DNA of 64,000 nucleotides from a virus: IMG/VR virus record IMGVR_UViG_3300020204_000007, positions 96,001 to 160,000 of that record; one strand, 5' to 3'. Shown piece by piece: positions 43,189 to 53,161 of this stretch (position 1 is its first letter; each line of letters starts with the position of its first letter). The notes under the pieces were generated by a model. It saw only the letters and a program-made list of their open reading frames with translations, ran no database searches and was not told where the DNA came from. The position numbers and the translations under genes were made by a program.

Positions 43189-43428
43189 ATGCTCAAATTT
43201 ATTTTATCTTTAGCCGCACTAGTTTCTGTTACTGCATTTGCAGAAGCAAAAAAGTCTGAACTTGTTGAATGCTTACACGTGACAATTATCAAAGTAGAAA
43301 CTAATGAAGCGGGTGAGCAGAAAGTAGCTGTTGTTCATCCACACGTTCTTAAATGCCAACCTCAAAAACCTGCTGAGCCAGAAGCAGTTCCTACCAAAGT
43401 CCCTAGACTATTTCCTAGACAACCTTAA
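43189..43428 (+). CDS. small secreted protein
   Basis: Signal peptide ending AFA; GAGGTG RBS. Confidence 0.65.
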   Translation: MLKFILSLAALVSVTAFAEAKKSELVECLHVTIIKVETNEAGEQKVAVVHPHVLKCQPQKPAEPEAVPTKVPRLFPRQP

Positions 43429-43434
43429 TGAAAC

Positions 43435-43510
43435 AGACCCATAGCTCAATGGTCAGAGCAAACGTCTTATACACGGGAGGTTCTAGGTTCAAATCCTAGT
43501 GGGTCTACCA
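43435..43510 (+). tRNA. tRNA-Ile (anticodon UAU)
   Basis: 76 nt cloverleaf: acceptor AGACCCA/TGGGTCT, D stem GCTC/GAGC, loop CT-TAT-AC, T arm CTAGG-TTCAAAT-CCTAG, encoded CCA. Confidence 0.88.
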
Positions 43511-44122
43511 TTATTTTGTTACAGATTTACTTTCTGTGTATCTGTAACCGGGTAGACTTGGAAGATCTGGAAACGGCGGTAATGGCATCTGCGGTATAGA
43601 AGGAACTGATAGATTTGGTAACGAAACGCCAAATGACGGAATCGGCAAATTAACAGAAGGTAGAGGCGGTAATGGCGGCATTTTTACCGCTGAAATTTTA
43701 TTGAAATTTGTATTTATCCCACCATTCACATTCAAATCAGATTTAAAACTTTTTTTTGGCATCCCTGGCATCTGCGGCATATTAGGAGGATCTATTTTAG
43801 GTAATTCTGGTAATTGTGGTAATTCAGGGACAGATAAACTTGGAAGACTAGGCCCAAAAGAAGGTATTGGAAGATTAACTGGAGGTAGAGGCGGTAATGG
43901 CGGAGTTTTAATACCAGACATCTTCATCCCTGGCATTTTAGGCAAATTCGGTACTTGTACTTCCGGCAGTTTAGGCAATTCTGGTAACTCAGGAAGGCTC
44001 AAAGACGGCAGCGAGAGTCCTAAAGGCGGAATGGGTAATTCGGGTATGGAAATGCTAAAAGATGTCTCAGAAACGAACTGATTCTTCTTAAAAATCTTAA
44101 ATGTATAAACAAATTTTGCCAT
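43511..44122 (-). CDS. proline-rich repeat protein downstream of tail spike gene
   Basis: Repeated PPLPPLPxVNLPIPSFGxSLPxLSVP units. Confidence 0.7.
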   Translation of the reverse strand: MAKFVYTFKIFKKNQFVSETSFSISIPELPIPPLGLSLPSLSLPELPELPKLPEVQVPNLPKMPGMKMSGIKTPPLPPLPPVNLPIPSFGPSLPSLSVPELPQLPELPKIDPPNMPQMPGMPKKSFKSDLNVNGGINTNFNKISAVKMPPLPPLPSVNLPIPSFGVSLPNLSVPSIPQMPLPPFPDLPSLPGYRYTESKSVTK

Positions 44123-44123
44123 A

Positions 44124-45692
44124 TCACGACTTCAATTTCAAGCTGCTGCTTGCAATATCATTAGGCGCAGGAGTTCCGTTTGCAATCAACGGGACTAGAG
44201 GGGGGCCAGACGGGCCAGTAGGTGTTGGATGAATGTGTTGGTTAAATGCCATCATCATTTTCTCTGCAATTGTGGAACTAAATGAAGCACCTGCACCAAG
44301 AGAAATACTACCTGCGTTGATAGAAACATTCGTCGCAGACAATACTACATCTTGTTTTGCACTGATTTCTATTTTACCACCTTTCATTTTTATAATTTCT
44401 GTTCCTTCGGAATCAGTAATTGTTATACCTTCCTTTGCGCTTATCACATCCCCTGTTTTGGATACTATCGAAGCAGCACCAGTGGTGGCGTCAAAAAACA
44501 AAAACGAGCCATCTTTAGCCGTCAACTTAATCGAGCCATCCTTGTCCATAACTAACTGCGCACCAGTTTTATGATTAAGGAAGATAGCCTCTTTATCCTT
44601 TGTTGCGTCTAATATAAACGCTTGAGTCCCTTGTGTAGAGGTTAACGCAAATGTCTTTCCTACACTCACGGAGTAATTTTCTGTTATGTTAAGAACAGAA
44701 TTTTTACCAATCTTAGTTATGCAATCTTGCACCACAGTTTCTGTTTTGTTTTTCTGTATAGTCTTTTCTTCATTGCCAAAAATAATCTCGCGGGCGTTAT
44801 CACCCACTAATTTAATAAAATTTTTGGAAGATCTGATCGTAATTGTTTGATTCTGTTTATCTAAACGGATCTCCTCCCCCAGGGGGGAGAGGGTGGGGTC
44901 CTGGGGCTCATAAATTAACAATTCTTCTAATGGATCGTATTCATAATTTGGAATTTCTGTTGTATTATTAATACTAATAAATTGATTTTTAGGATCAATT
45001 ACAAAAGCTTGCTGTTCACCATCCACAATACGAAACTCTCCATTTTGGAGAAAATCCATTGTTGTTGTGAGCATTAATGGGTCTTCAACTTCTTTTTTAA
45101 GTCCTTCTCCCCATTTAGTTGATTCATAATAACCGTCTTTTAAAGAAATTTGGGGTAAACCTGTATGTTGAACGCGGTATTGACCTAATTCATCAATATG
45201 TAGATTGACACCATTCATGCGCATGCGCCACATTGGGCCCATGCGATCAACATTTATAGGGCGGTTTAAAATTTGATCTTCATTATTTGAACTATTTTGA
45301 TAAACAGTTTCGCCAGTTTCACTATAAATTTCTGACGGAAGAAATCCAATAATGACCGGTGCTGAAGAATCTACTTCTCCAATAAATGCAAGAACACAAC
45401 GGGCACCAATTCGTTTGATTTTTTTACTAATATCTACATCTACAGTTGGACCAGCGCCGATAGGATTATTAGTTTCTATGAATGCAGATTCATTATCATT
45501 TAATGATGACTGAACTACGATTTCTTCAAAATCATCAACTCCGCCAATCATTTGTAAAATTATACAATTGAGGTAAGTGGTTGGCATACCGTTTTCTGAA
45601 TATGCGCGAACAGTATATTCAGTTCTTGCTTTGCTAATATTTCTTGAATCATTTGGCGGATACGCTTCAATTATTTCGCCAAATAATAGCAT
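44124..45692 (-). CDS. baseplate central spike (gp5/VgrG-like)
   Basis: N-terminal OB-like region, beta-helix repeats, C-terminal HIHPTPTGPSGPP metal-binding apex. Confidence 0.75.
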   Translation of the reverse strand: MLLFGEIIEAYPPNDSRNISKARTEYTVRAYSENGMPTTYLNCIILQMIGGVDDFEEIVVQSSLNDNESAFIETNNPIGAGPTVDVDISKKIKRIGARCVLAFIGEVDSSAPVIIGFLPSEIYSETGETVYQNSSNNEDQILNRPINVDRMGPMWRMRMNGVNLHIDELGQYRVQHTGLPQISLKDGYYESTKWGEGLKKEVEDPLMLTTTMDFLQNGEFRIVDGEQQAFVIDPKNQFISINNTTEIPNYEYDPLEELLIYEPQDPTLSPLGEEIRLDKQNQTITIRSSKNFIKLVGDNAREIIFGNEEKTIQKNKTETVVQDCITKIGKNSVLNITENYSVSVGKTFALTSTQGTQAFILDATKDKEAIFLNHKTGAQLVMDKDGSIKLTAKDGSFLFFDATTGAASIVSKTGDVISAKEGITITDSEGTEIIKMKGGKIEISAKQDVVLSATNVSINAGSISLGAGASFSSTIAEKMMMAFNQHIHPTPTGPSGPPLVPLIANGTPAPNDIASSSLKLKS

Positions 45693-45695
45693 TTA

Positions 45696-47606
45696 TTAAT
45701 TCCTTATTTTCACAAAATTTTCTTGATCTACATTTTGTTGATTTATATCAACAAAAAGCGTTCTTGAAAACTCTTTTGGAATAATATTTAAAATTTTTGG
45801 ATCTTGTGGATTTTCCATTAGCAAATCTGCTAATTTAACATAAGTTTGATTTGAAATTCTGCCATCGCCGGAAATCGTATAAGTAGAAGAAATTTCTTCA
45901 ATTTCTCCACAAATGGTTGGGCGGCCTTCTCCAAGTGGGATTCTAACCATTAAACCAACTGTTAAAGGAAAATCGTTATCTATAATTTGAACTGTACAGT
46001 TAGGCATAGCAAATTTTGCCGGTAAATAATATTTATATTTTTCAGCAAGTGCTGCAAGCCATTCGCCAAATACTTTGTTTACCTGCGAAGCTAAACGTGC
46101 CTCAGATTGGCTTTGAGCATTTTGTGCTGCTGTATTTGCAGCAGGATTAGTTTTATTTTTTGTATTTTTAGATTTCTGGTTTTTTTGTTTTGCAGCAGTT
46201 TTTTTCACTGGAGCCGGAGGTGGTGCTGCTGGAACAGTTGGGATAATACCCACAAATTCTGCAGTAGACGCAACATATTCTTGTCCGCCAAATCGATCTT
46301 GAGAAAAACTATCTTTATACCGACCATAATTTAAAGCTGCCGTCACTAAATACGCTTCTTTTATATATTTGGCAACTGGACTAAATTGGATATAATTTCT
46401 TGTATTTTGTATGCTGTATGAAACGCTAAAAGATAATACATTTGTCAAGGGCACTGTAATTCTGGGAATATCGTCTTTATATGTAAAACCAAAATTTAAT
46501 TCAGAGTTTTTATATATTTTATTATCTTTTGAATTTGCAATACTTCTAAAAGAAATAGGTTTATCTCGTACGACTAAAATCGGTTTGCATAAAACTAAAT
46601 TATCTTCATTTTTAAAATATAATAAATCAGAAAAAGTCTCATACTCACCACCAGATTCTAATACTTTTTCTACAACAGCAGAAAATAAAAGACCTTGTGC
46701 ATACATAGCTGGTGTGACAAATGCTGGGGGCCTAACTGCTTCTTCGTTAACAATATATTCTATGTATTCTGGATTAAATAAATTGTTTTCTAATTTCATA
46801 TTTTCCCAGGTTTGAATTCCAATTAATTCAAATAAAAACCCAGTATTAAATGGAAATTTTTGTTCATATTTTTCATCTTCATATTTTAAAATATGGTCTT
46901 CGTAAATACTTTTTGGAATAGATGGAAGATCACTAGTAGTAAGGCTGATTTTTAAATTTTTATCTTTCTTGTTAGATAACGCTGATCGTAATCCCATCAT
47001 CGTTGTTACATTTTTAATTATTTGAAAAGCAGGAAGGCGGTTAGACGTAAAAGTACGCCAATTATCTTCTTTAGCGTTACTTCCAACAAATCCAGATTCA
47101 CCTGCAGCGCCAGTCTCTTTTAATTGATTGAAAAGTTTTGTTGTTTGGCCAAGTTCCTTTGTACTTAAAACAGCCATTTCATCGCTATATCTTAGCGGTA
47201 TATTAAGACAATGAGACCATTCTCTAACTTGAATGTTATATGATTTTTTCAAAATACCATCGGCATCTGCATTATATTGTGAAGTTATTGATTGTACTTG
47301 ACCAATGAATTTTACAATTCCTTTGTTTAGATAAAAATTTTGTGAGTTTTCTTGTTCTTCATAAGTATCAAGCGAGCCTTTATTTGAAGTAACAAGAACG
47401 AGCCAGTCTCCAATGTATAAATCAGGCATGTAACCCATATATGTAATATTTAATGAATTGCCAAGTTTTTTTGAACGCGCATATGAAAGATATGTTATGC
47501 CTTTATTGATGACTTTTCTTGGCTTCATTTCATTAGAAATTGGAAAAAAATCTTTCCATCCGTAATGAACTAAAGCAAAGTTATGTGATACATTTATTGT
47601 TTGCAT
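45696..47606 (-). CDS. putative baseplate hub protein
   Basis: Position between tape measure and spike; FIGQVQSI, YETFSDL, ILVVRDKP. Confidence 0.55.
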   Translation of the reverse strand: MQTINVSHNFALVHYGWKDFFPISNEMKPRKVINKGITYLSYARSKKLGNSLNITYMGYMPDLYIGDWLVLVTSNKGSLDTYEEQENSQNFYLNKGIVKFIGQVQSITSQYNADADGILKKSYNIQVREWSHCLNIPLRYSDEMAVLSTKELGQTTKLFNQLKETGAAGESGFVGSNAKEDNWRTFTSNRLPAFQIIKNVTTMMGLRSALSNKKDKNLKISLTTSDLPSIPKSIYEDHILKYEDEKYEQKFPFNTGFLFELIGIQTWENMKLENNLFNPEYIEYIVNEEAVRPPAFVTPAMYAQGLLFSAVVEKVLESGGEYETFSDLLYFKNEDNLVLCKPILVVRDKPISFRSIANSKDNKIYKNSELNFGFTYKDDIPRITVPLTNVLSFSVSYSIQNTRNYIQFSPVAKYIKEAYLVTAALNYGRYKDSFSQDRFGGQEYVASTAEFVGIIPTVPAAPPPAPVKKTAAKQKNQKSKNTKNKTNPAANTAAQNAQSQSEARLASQVNKVFGEWLAALAEKYKYYLPAKFAMPNCTVQIIDNDFPLTVGLMVRIPLGEGRPTICGEIEEISSTYTISGDGRISNQTYVKLADLLMENPQDPKILNIIPKEFSRTLFVDINQQNVDQENFVKIRN

Positions 47607-47621
47607 ATCTTTCTCAATTTA

Positions 47622-50600
47622 TCATTTTTTACCTTGATTAAATTTAATGCTTTTTGGATCTACTCTCTGGAAAAATGCCTCTGCAAAAGCGGCTCCTAAT
47701 AAAGTCGCAGTTGCTTCATTAATTTGGCCTTGCTCAGTAGACATTTGTGGTTGTTGATTGGCTGCTCCAAGACTAAATACATCTTGTTGTAATTTTTTTT
47801 CTAATCCTGCTTCTTTTGCAACTTGTTGTTCATCTTTTGAAAGCTCCTTTCCTCTAATCATTTTCTCTGCAACATCATATTGTATTGAACTTTTTAGTCC
47901 AAGACCTCTGACGACAGAACCAAACTGTGTATCTCGTGATAATTGTTCTAAAGTTTTACCACCAGCTTTTTCATCTAAAAATTTTTTAAATGTAACCTTT
48001 GCAGAAACTCCTGATGCGCCACCCATTGCCACAGCAGCCTCATTTGCTTGCGCTTGAGCTTTTCGAATAGCTAATTTCTTTTCTGCCTCTGAAACTTTAT
48101 TTTTATCTACTGCAGATTTTTTACCATAATCATCTTTTCCACCACTAAAAGTAGCAGAATCATCAAACATAGTAGCATCAAAGCCTTGCATCATTGATGC
48201 TTCGCCTCTGATTTGTGTTTTTACTTGGTCTGGCAATTTATCATAATCAGACGGATACATACCATATTTTGATTTAAAATCTTCTCTTGACATGCCAAGC
48301 ATGCCAGAAATTCTATCACCTTTAATGTTTTTGACTAAATCTTTTGTAATTTGTTTAGCTTCACCTCTTTGCATAGTTGAAAGAAGATTATAGCCAATTG
48401 ATCCTTTTTTTAATTTTCCGGTTTTAGCATATTGTTGAGCATTTTGCGCTAATTCAGAAAGTTGCGCAGTAGACATTTCATCTAACCCTTGAGTTAAAAT
48501 CGCCGCACGTTCCCCTCTGATATTTGTACCGGATTCAATCGTATTCATCATATTAGCGCGAATATTTGACTTAACATATAAATTTTGTTTTGAAGCTGCA
48601 TCAGCACCCGTTAAACTTCTATTCATACGTTCGTAATCAGCTAATTGACCGCCGCCAGTCATCTGCATCTTTTGTACTAGCCGTGCAACTCCTTCAACAT
48701 CTGTTGTTCCCATTTCAGAAGCTTTTGAAGTAATATTTTGCATAAATGCAGAAGTTAGATCACTATTATTCATACCAGAGGCAACTGCTCTGCTCATGAC
48801 CTCTTCTAATTTTTTAACATTACCAGCTTCAGATACTCCACCAGATAATCTTCCAAGAATACCTGCTTGGCCTAACAATTGTTCAGCACTGCCAAGCCCA
48901 CTTTGGGACATGCCCTTTATTTGATTTAAAGCTCGAACTTCGTTTGCTGTTCCTGAAATACCTTTTGAGCCGGCGCCACCGATATTTCCAAATTGTGAAA
49001 TAATTTTTATGCCTTCTTGGCTTGATGCTGCATATCCCATTCCATGCAAAACACCCTGCAAACCACCTTCTTCTGCTTGCATTTCTTTAATTTTATTTAA
49101 TTTATTTGCCTCTTGTACATTTTTAAATTGTGCATCATCTGCAGCGTTTCGATAGACAACATCTCCATTTGCAAGTTGGCCTAATCTGCCACTCTTGCTT
49201 GAAGTAGATGTGAAGGCTGTTATTGGAGAAGCAATTGCTTTTAATGCAGCTTTAGAACCTGCAAAAAATTGCCCTAGAAGTTGCGTTGCCGCGCCTTCGG
49301 GAGTCGTTGATCCCGTATAAGAATCAATCTCATCTTTTCCTTGATTTATTGCGCCCAGAAAATCTTCTTTCAATCTAGAAGAATACGCATTTTCTTCTTT
49401 TGCAAGCTGTGCGCTTTTTCGTACGGCATTTTGGACTTGCTTTCTTTCGTTTTCAGTTTGAATTGAAAGACCACTAGAAACTGCTTTATTAATATTTTGA
49501 GAAGTAATATCTAAAAATCTTCCTTGCTCTTGTGCAGCCATTCGTGGATTGATGGTTTCTTGATATTTTTGCAAAGTATAAATTGATATCTTATTTTTTT
49601 CTTTTTCGGCTTCTTCTAAGGCTGAAGTATTCGCTATGATTGTGCTGGTGTCAAACTGTGTTCTAGCTTGCATTCGCAAATCTTGATTAAAAGTTTGATT
49701 TCTTAATAAAGTCGGATTATTAGGTAAATTTCCTATTTCTCCCGCTATACCAGAAACAGCGCCTCCTAAAATACCTGCTTTTGTTCCTATGCCTGGTAAT
49801 ACTGAACCAGCCACACCGCCTTTAGTAGTTTCGTTGGCAATGTTTTTTAAAGAATTATAAAAAGCCTGATTTGTTTCAGCTCTATCTTGCTTTTTAGCTG
49901 CTTCTTTAGCAATAGGGTCAATTCTTCTAGCAAGGCTGTCTTGCCCAGCATAGCGCATGAACGAATGGCGTAACACTAAAGATTCTGCATCAAAATTGCC
50001 AAAATCTCGTATAAAACGGCCTTGTTGATAGCCTTGTAATTTAGCTATATTTGAATATGTAGAAATAGGAGCGGTTGATTCTTTTAAATTTGCAGCAAGA
50101 TTATAACTTGCAACACCGCCTAAAACGTCTGCGACTATATTTCTTCTAAATGCACTGGCCCTTCGAGATTCTTCTCTTCCTTGCCTTGTCAACAGTGGTC
50201 CATCACCACCTCCGCCACCAGCATCGCCGCCTCCACCACCAGCACCACCTGCTCCACCACCACCAGAAGCTTTCTGAAGAAATCTATCAATTCTATCTGA
50301 TAATCGATCAATACTTTTAGTTAGCTTTTCACAACAATCGTCGGATCTTAAAGAAGATACTGATTTTCTTGTAATTTCAGATTGTTGTTGTTTTAGATTT
50401 TCTAGATGAAAATTTGGTAATCTAGTTTGTAAATGTGCAACTGGAACTGAAGATGGAGGAGGGGCAGAAACTCGCCCTTCAAAATACGGGGAAGGATTAA
50501 ATCGATGCAGTTTTCCTTCGATAAATGGAGTATTAACTCCTGATATTCTTTTTGAAATTGCCCCTTCCCAAGAAGGCGTTGCAGGTGTTCTAGATAAATT

Positions 50601-50720
50601 TATCATAGAAGCTTCTTGCAAACCTAAAACAGAATAATTTGCACCAAGCGCGTTTGCCGTTTGGCGAGTCTCTATTTTAGTATCTTCTATAGATTTTTTA
50701 GGGGGCCGTTTTTTGCTCAT
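47622..50720 (-). CDS. putative tail tape measure protein
   Basis: 1032 aa, Ala/Gly/Gln-rich helical, follows small chaperone-like genes. Confidence 0.7.
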   Translation of the reverse strand: MSKKRPPKKSIEDTKIETRQTANALGANYSVLGLQEASMINLSRTPATPSWEGAISKRISGVNTPFIEGKLHRFNPSPYFEGRVSAPPPSSVPVAHLQTRLPNFHLENLKQQQSEITRKSVSSLRSDDCCEKLTKSIDRLSDRIDRFLQKASGGGGAGGAGGGGGDAGGGGGDGPLLTRQGREESRRASAFRRNIVADVLGGVASYNLAANLKESTAPISTYSNIAKLQGYQQGRFIRDFGNFDAESLVLRHSFMRYAGQDSLARRIDPIAKEAAKKQDRAETNQAFYNSLKNIANETTKGGVAGSVLPGIGTKAGILGGAVSGIAGEIGNLPNNPTLLRNQTFNQDLRMQARTQFDTSTIIANTSALEEAEKEKNKISIYTLQKYQETINPRMAAQEQGRFLDITSQNINKAVSSGLSIQTENERKQVQNAVRKSAQLAKEENAYSSRLKEDFLGAINQGKDEIDSYTGSTTPEGAATQLLGQFFAGSKAALKAIASPITAFTSTSSKSGRLGQLANGDVVYRNAADDAQFKNVQEANKLNKIKEMQAEEGGLQGVLHGMGYAASSQEGIKIISQFGNIGGAGSKGISGTANEVRALNQIKGMSQSGLGSAEQLLGQAGILGRLSGGVSEAGNVKKLEEVMSRAVASGMNNSDLTSAFMQNITSKASEMGTTDVEGVARLVQKMQMTGGGQLADYERMNRSLTGADAASKQNLYVKSNIRANMMNTIESGTNIRGERAAILTQGLDEMSTAQLSELAQNAQQYAKTGKLKKGSIGYNLLSTMQRGEAKQITKDLVKNIKGDRISGMLGMSREDFKSKYGMYPSDYDKLPDQVKTQIRGEASMMQGFDATMFDDSATFSGGKDDYGKKSAVDKNKVSEAEKKLAIRKAQAQANEAAVAMGGASGVSAKVTFKKFLDEKAGGKTLEQLSRDTQFGSVVRGLGLKSSIQYDVAEKMIRGKELSKDEQQVAKEAGLEKKLQQDVFSLGAANQQPQMSTEQGQINEATATLLGAAFAEAFFQRVDPKSIKFNQGKK

Positions 50721-50731
50721 TTAACAGAACT

Positions 50732-51073
50732 TCATTTATTTAATGATTCCATATGCTCTTTTTGAGCTGCCTCTAAACCTTCTCTTACCGCTACAATCGG
50801 GCTTAAATCAACTAGATCCCAAACTGTATTGCTAGTAAACCATTCTGGACTTTGTTCGCTTAAAACAACCAATTCGCAAACAGCTTTAGTCATTTGTTCA
50901 GTATCAAAGTCTGAATCGTTTCCTAAATTCTTCTTACTAAATTCTACCGCAATATTTTGTCGATCTTTTAATGAAGGAAATAGTTTAAGAACAAACTTAC
51001 CTTCAAAAATTTTGCCCGAAAGTTCACCTTTTGCGCTTACATCAAAAATTGCTTTTCCATTTACAAGAGCCAT
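50732..51073 (-). CDS. putative tail assembly chaperone
   Basis: Immediately upstream of tape measure; FEGKFVLKLFPS...PEWF. Confidence 0.55.
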   Translation of the reverse strand: MALVNGKAIFDVSAKGELSGKIFEGKFVLKLFPSLKDRQNIAVEFSKKNLGNDSDFDTEQMTKAVCELVVLSEQSPEWFTSNTVWDLVDLSPIVAVREGLEAAQKEHMESLNK

Positions 51074-51083
51074 ATATTTCTCC

Positions 51084-51452
51084 TTATTTTATATCGTCTA
51101 ATGACCAATTTACATCATTTTCAAATATTTTGTCCATAGCTGCATTTTCATCAGGAGAAAACTCTTTTGCCATCATTTCTATTAACTCTTTCGCAGAATC
51201 TCTAACAACTGCTGCAGAATCTTTTTGGGTTTCTACGGAAGATAAAAAGTAATACTCAAAAAATAAATCTTCTACTGTATATTCTTCAAAAACAGCAGAT
51301 TTACTGGGAATTTTGTAATAATCAGCGAGCCAAAATTTAACAAATTTAATAGAGTCTTCAAAAGATTTGAGTTCTCTATTTTTCAAATTAATTGCAGATT
51401 GTTTGATTTTATCAATATTATCATCAATGATAAAATCACTGCCATACATCAT
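51084..51452 (-). CDS. putative tail assembly chaperone
   Basis: W...YKIP....F..YT.E.LF.EY pattern; position. Confidence 0.5.
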   Translation of the reverse strand: MMYGSDFIIDDNIDKIKQSAINLKNRELKSFEDSIKFVKFWLADYYKIPSKSAVFEEYTVEDLFFEYYFLSSVETQKDSAAVVRDSAKELIEMMAKEFSPDENAAMDKIFENDVNWSLDDIK

Positions 51453-52468
51453 AAAAATGAGCCCGTAGAGTTTCTGACAAATGAACCGGCAACAGAAGGA
51501 AATCTATTAAGAGTATTACATGTTTTTCCTACTTTTGAAACAATAGATGTAATACTTGTACTAGTTACTTCTTTTAAATCTCCGCTAAATCTGTTGACAC
51601 TCTTCGCTTTTGAGCTCATTTTTTGTACATCTTTTAATTCCCAACACTTTAAAATAATTGTATAGTTTATTAAATACGGCGCATTTGCATTTTGTTGAAA
51701 TTGAACTGATCTAGGAACACATCTGTAATGAGTTCTTGATTTGTGATCTACAAAATATAAACTTAAATTTTCATTAGCTTGACGCTCTCTTTGAAATATT
51801 AAAAAGAATTGTCTTAATGCTTGTGACCATGCCCATCCATTAGAAAATTCATTTTTGGGAATATTTTGTTTAAAGTTTTCTTTAAATTGTTCAAGAAAAG
51901 ATGTAGTGCTGTTATCTGCTGGAGAAAATAATTTTGAAATTTCAGCTTCTGATGTCGGAGTGTTTACGGCGCTAGGCCCTTCTTGGTATTGAAGGGAATC
52001 TTCGGTTTCTGGCAAAATAATATCTGCTATTGCGCCTTGAATTAAAGCACCAGATGTTATCTTTCTTACTATTTTAGCTAATTGAGATCCGTTAACTTCG
52101 TCTATGTATTTTCTTCCCTTTGTTAAAAGATCTGCACTTACACCATCGCCGAGATTAGGGCTGTTCAACGCCATGCCTGTCGTGCCAACTAAAGTGATCA
52201 TAGAAAAAACAGGAGCGTTAACTTCTTCTACAACTCCGCCAATAGTAGCGTGAGCTTCTGCAGTAGACATATCTTGAATAGTGTAATTTTGTGGTGGAAT
52301 GGGAAGAAAGAATTTACACTTTAGATTACTTTTTTCTCCCTCTCTAATTTCAAATAAAAATGGGAAGGTTTCATACCATGTGGATGGATTTATGTTATAA
52401 AACAAACTCGGTTGCCACTTACCGTTTGTATTAGTGTTTATTATTTTTGGTAAATTTATATCAACCAT
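51449..52468 (-). CDS. putative tail/baseplate structural protein
   Basis: FFLPIPPQ, TIGG..EE, ITLVGTTG, PYLINY. Confidence 0.55.
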   Translation of the reverse strand: MVDINLPKIINTNTNGKWQPSLFYNINPSTWYETFPFLFEIREGEKSNLKCKFFLPIPPQNYTIQDMSTAEAHATIGGVVEEVNAPVFSMITLVGTTGMALNSPNLGDGVSADLLTKGRKYIDEVNGSQLAKIVRKITSGALIQGAIADIILPETEDSLQYQEGPSAVNTPTSEAEISKLFSPADNSTTSFLEQFKENFKQNIPKNEFSNGWAWSQALRQFFLIFQRERQANENLSLYFVDHKSRTHYRCVPRSVQFQQNANAPYLINYTIILKCWELKDVQKMSSKAKSVNRFSGDLKEVTSTSITSIVSKVGKTCNTLNRFPSVAGSFVRNSTGSFL

Positions 52469-52476
52469 TTTAAACC

Positions 52477-53106
52477 TTAAGAAAAAGAATCTTTAATTGA
52501 TGAAATTTTTTTCACTAAAGAATTTTGAGAAATTTTTTTCTTTAATTTTTCTGCTTCTGTTAAAGCTTCGGGAGAAAAATCTTGTTTAACATTTTCTCGC
52601 CAATAATAACCAATAAATGTTGCACCTTCTACCGAAAGCTGTCCGGATTGAATATCACATTGCATGTCTGTAAACATGCCTTTTGCGTAAAATTGTAAAT
52701 TTCCTAATCGATCACGGATTTCAATTGATGCATATGGTTGATGTAAGTAAGCTTGCATAGTTGTGTATAAACCATCACCACCAAGAGTACGATTGGGAGA
52801 AACAATTCGTTTTAGATTAGCCTTGATTGACATTTGTCCAGGCACAATTTCCCAAGGTAAAAATTGGTCGATTGTTCGAATTTCTGTAAAATTAGCGGAA
52901 ACTGAATAACTAACTTGTAAAGCTGCTCCGATTGTTTTTCCATTTACTAATAATTTGGCTCTCGCTCCTGATGAATATTCTGGAAATACTGGTGATTTAC
53001 GACCGCTGTTTAATGCATCATATTCTTGCGCAGTTCTTTCTTTGGCAATATATAAATCACCCAGAACGGTGTTTTGCGCAGTTTTCCATTTTTCATCTAT
53101 CGCCAT
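52477..53106 (-). CDS. tail tube-like protein
   Basis: SGARAKLLVNG..IG.A..VSY..EIRTID..PWEIVP; paralogous to 53873 and 54589 genes. Confidence 0.65.
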   Translation of the reverse strand: MAIDEKWKTAQNTVLGDLYIAKERTAQEYDALNSGRKSPVFPEYSSGARAKLLVNGKTIGAALQVSYSVSANFTEIRTIDQFLPWEIVPGQMSIKANLKRIVSPNRTLGGDGLYTTMQAYLHQPYASIEIRDRLGNLQFYAKGMFTDMQCDIQSGQLSVEGATFIGYYWRENVKQDFSPEALTEAEKLKKKISQNSLVKKISSIKDSFS

Positions 53107-53161
53107 TGCTGTATAGTCTCCCTAATAATAAAATCGTAACATAAATATGTGAGGGAAAAAC

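Noticed and set aside
44871-44908. GC-rich hairpin-like patch inside the spike gene
   Set aside because: Single occurrence, frame intact, explainable by Pro/Gly/Leu codons; no supporting context.
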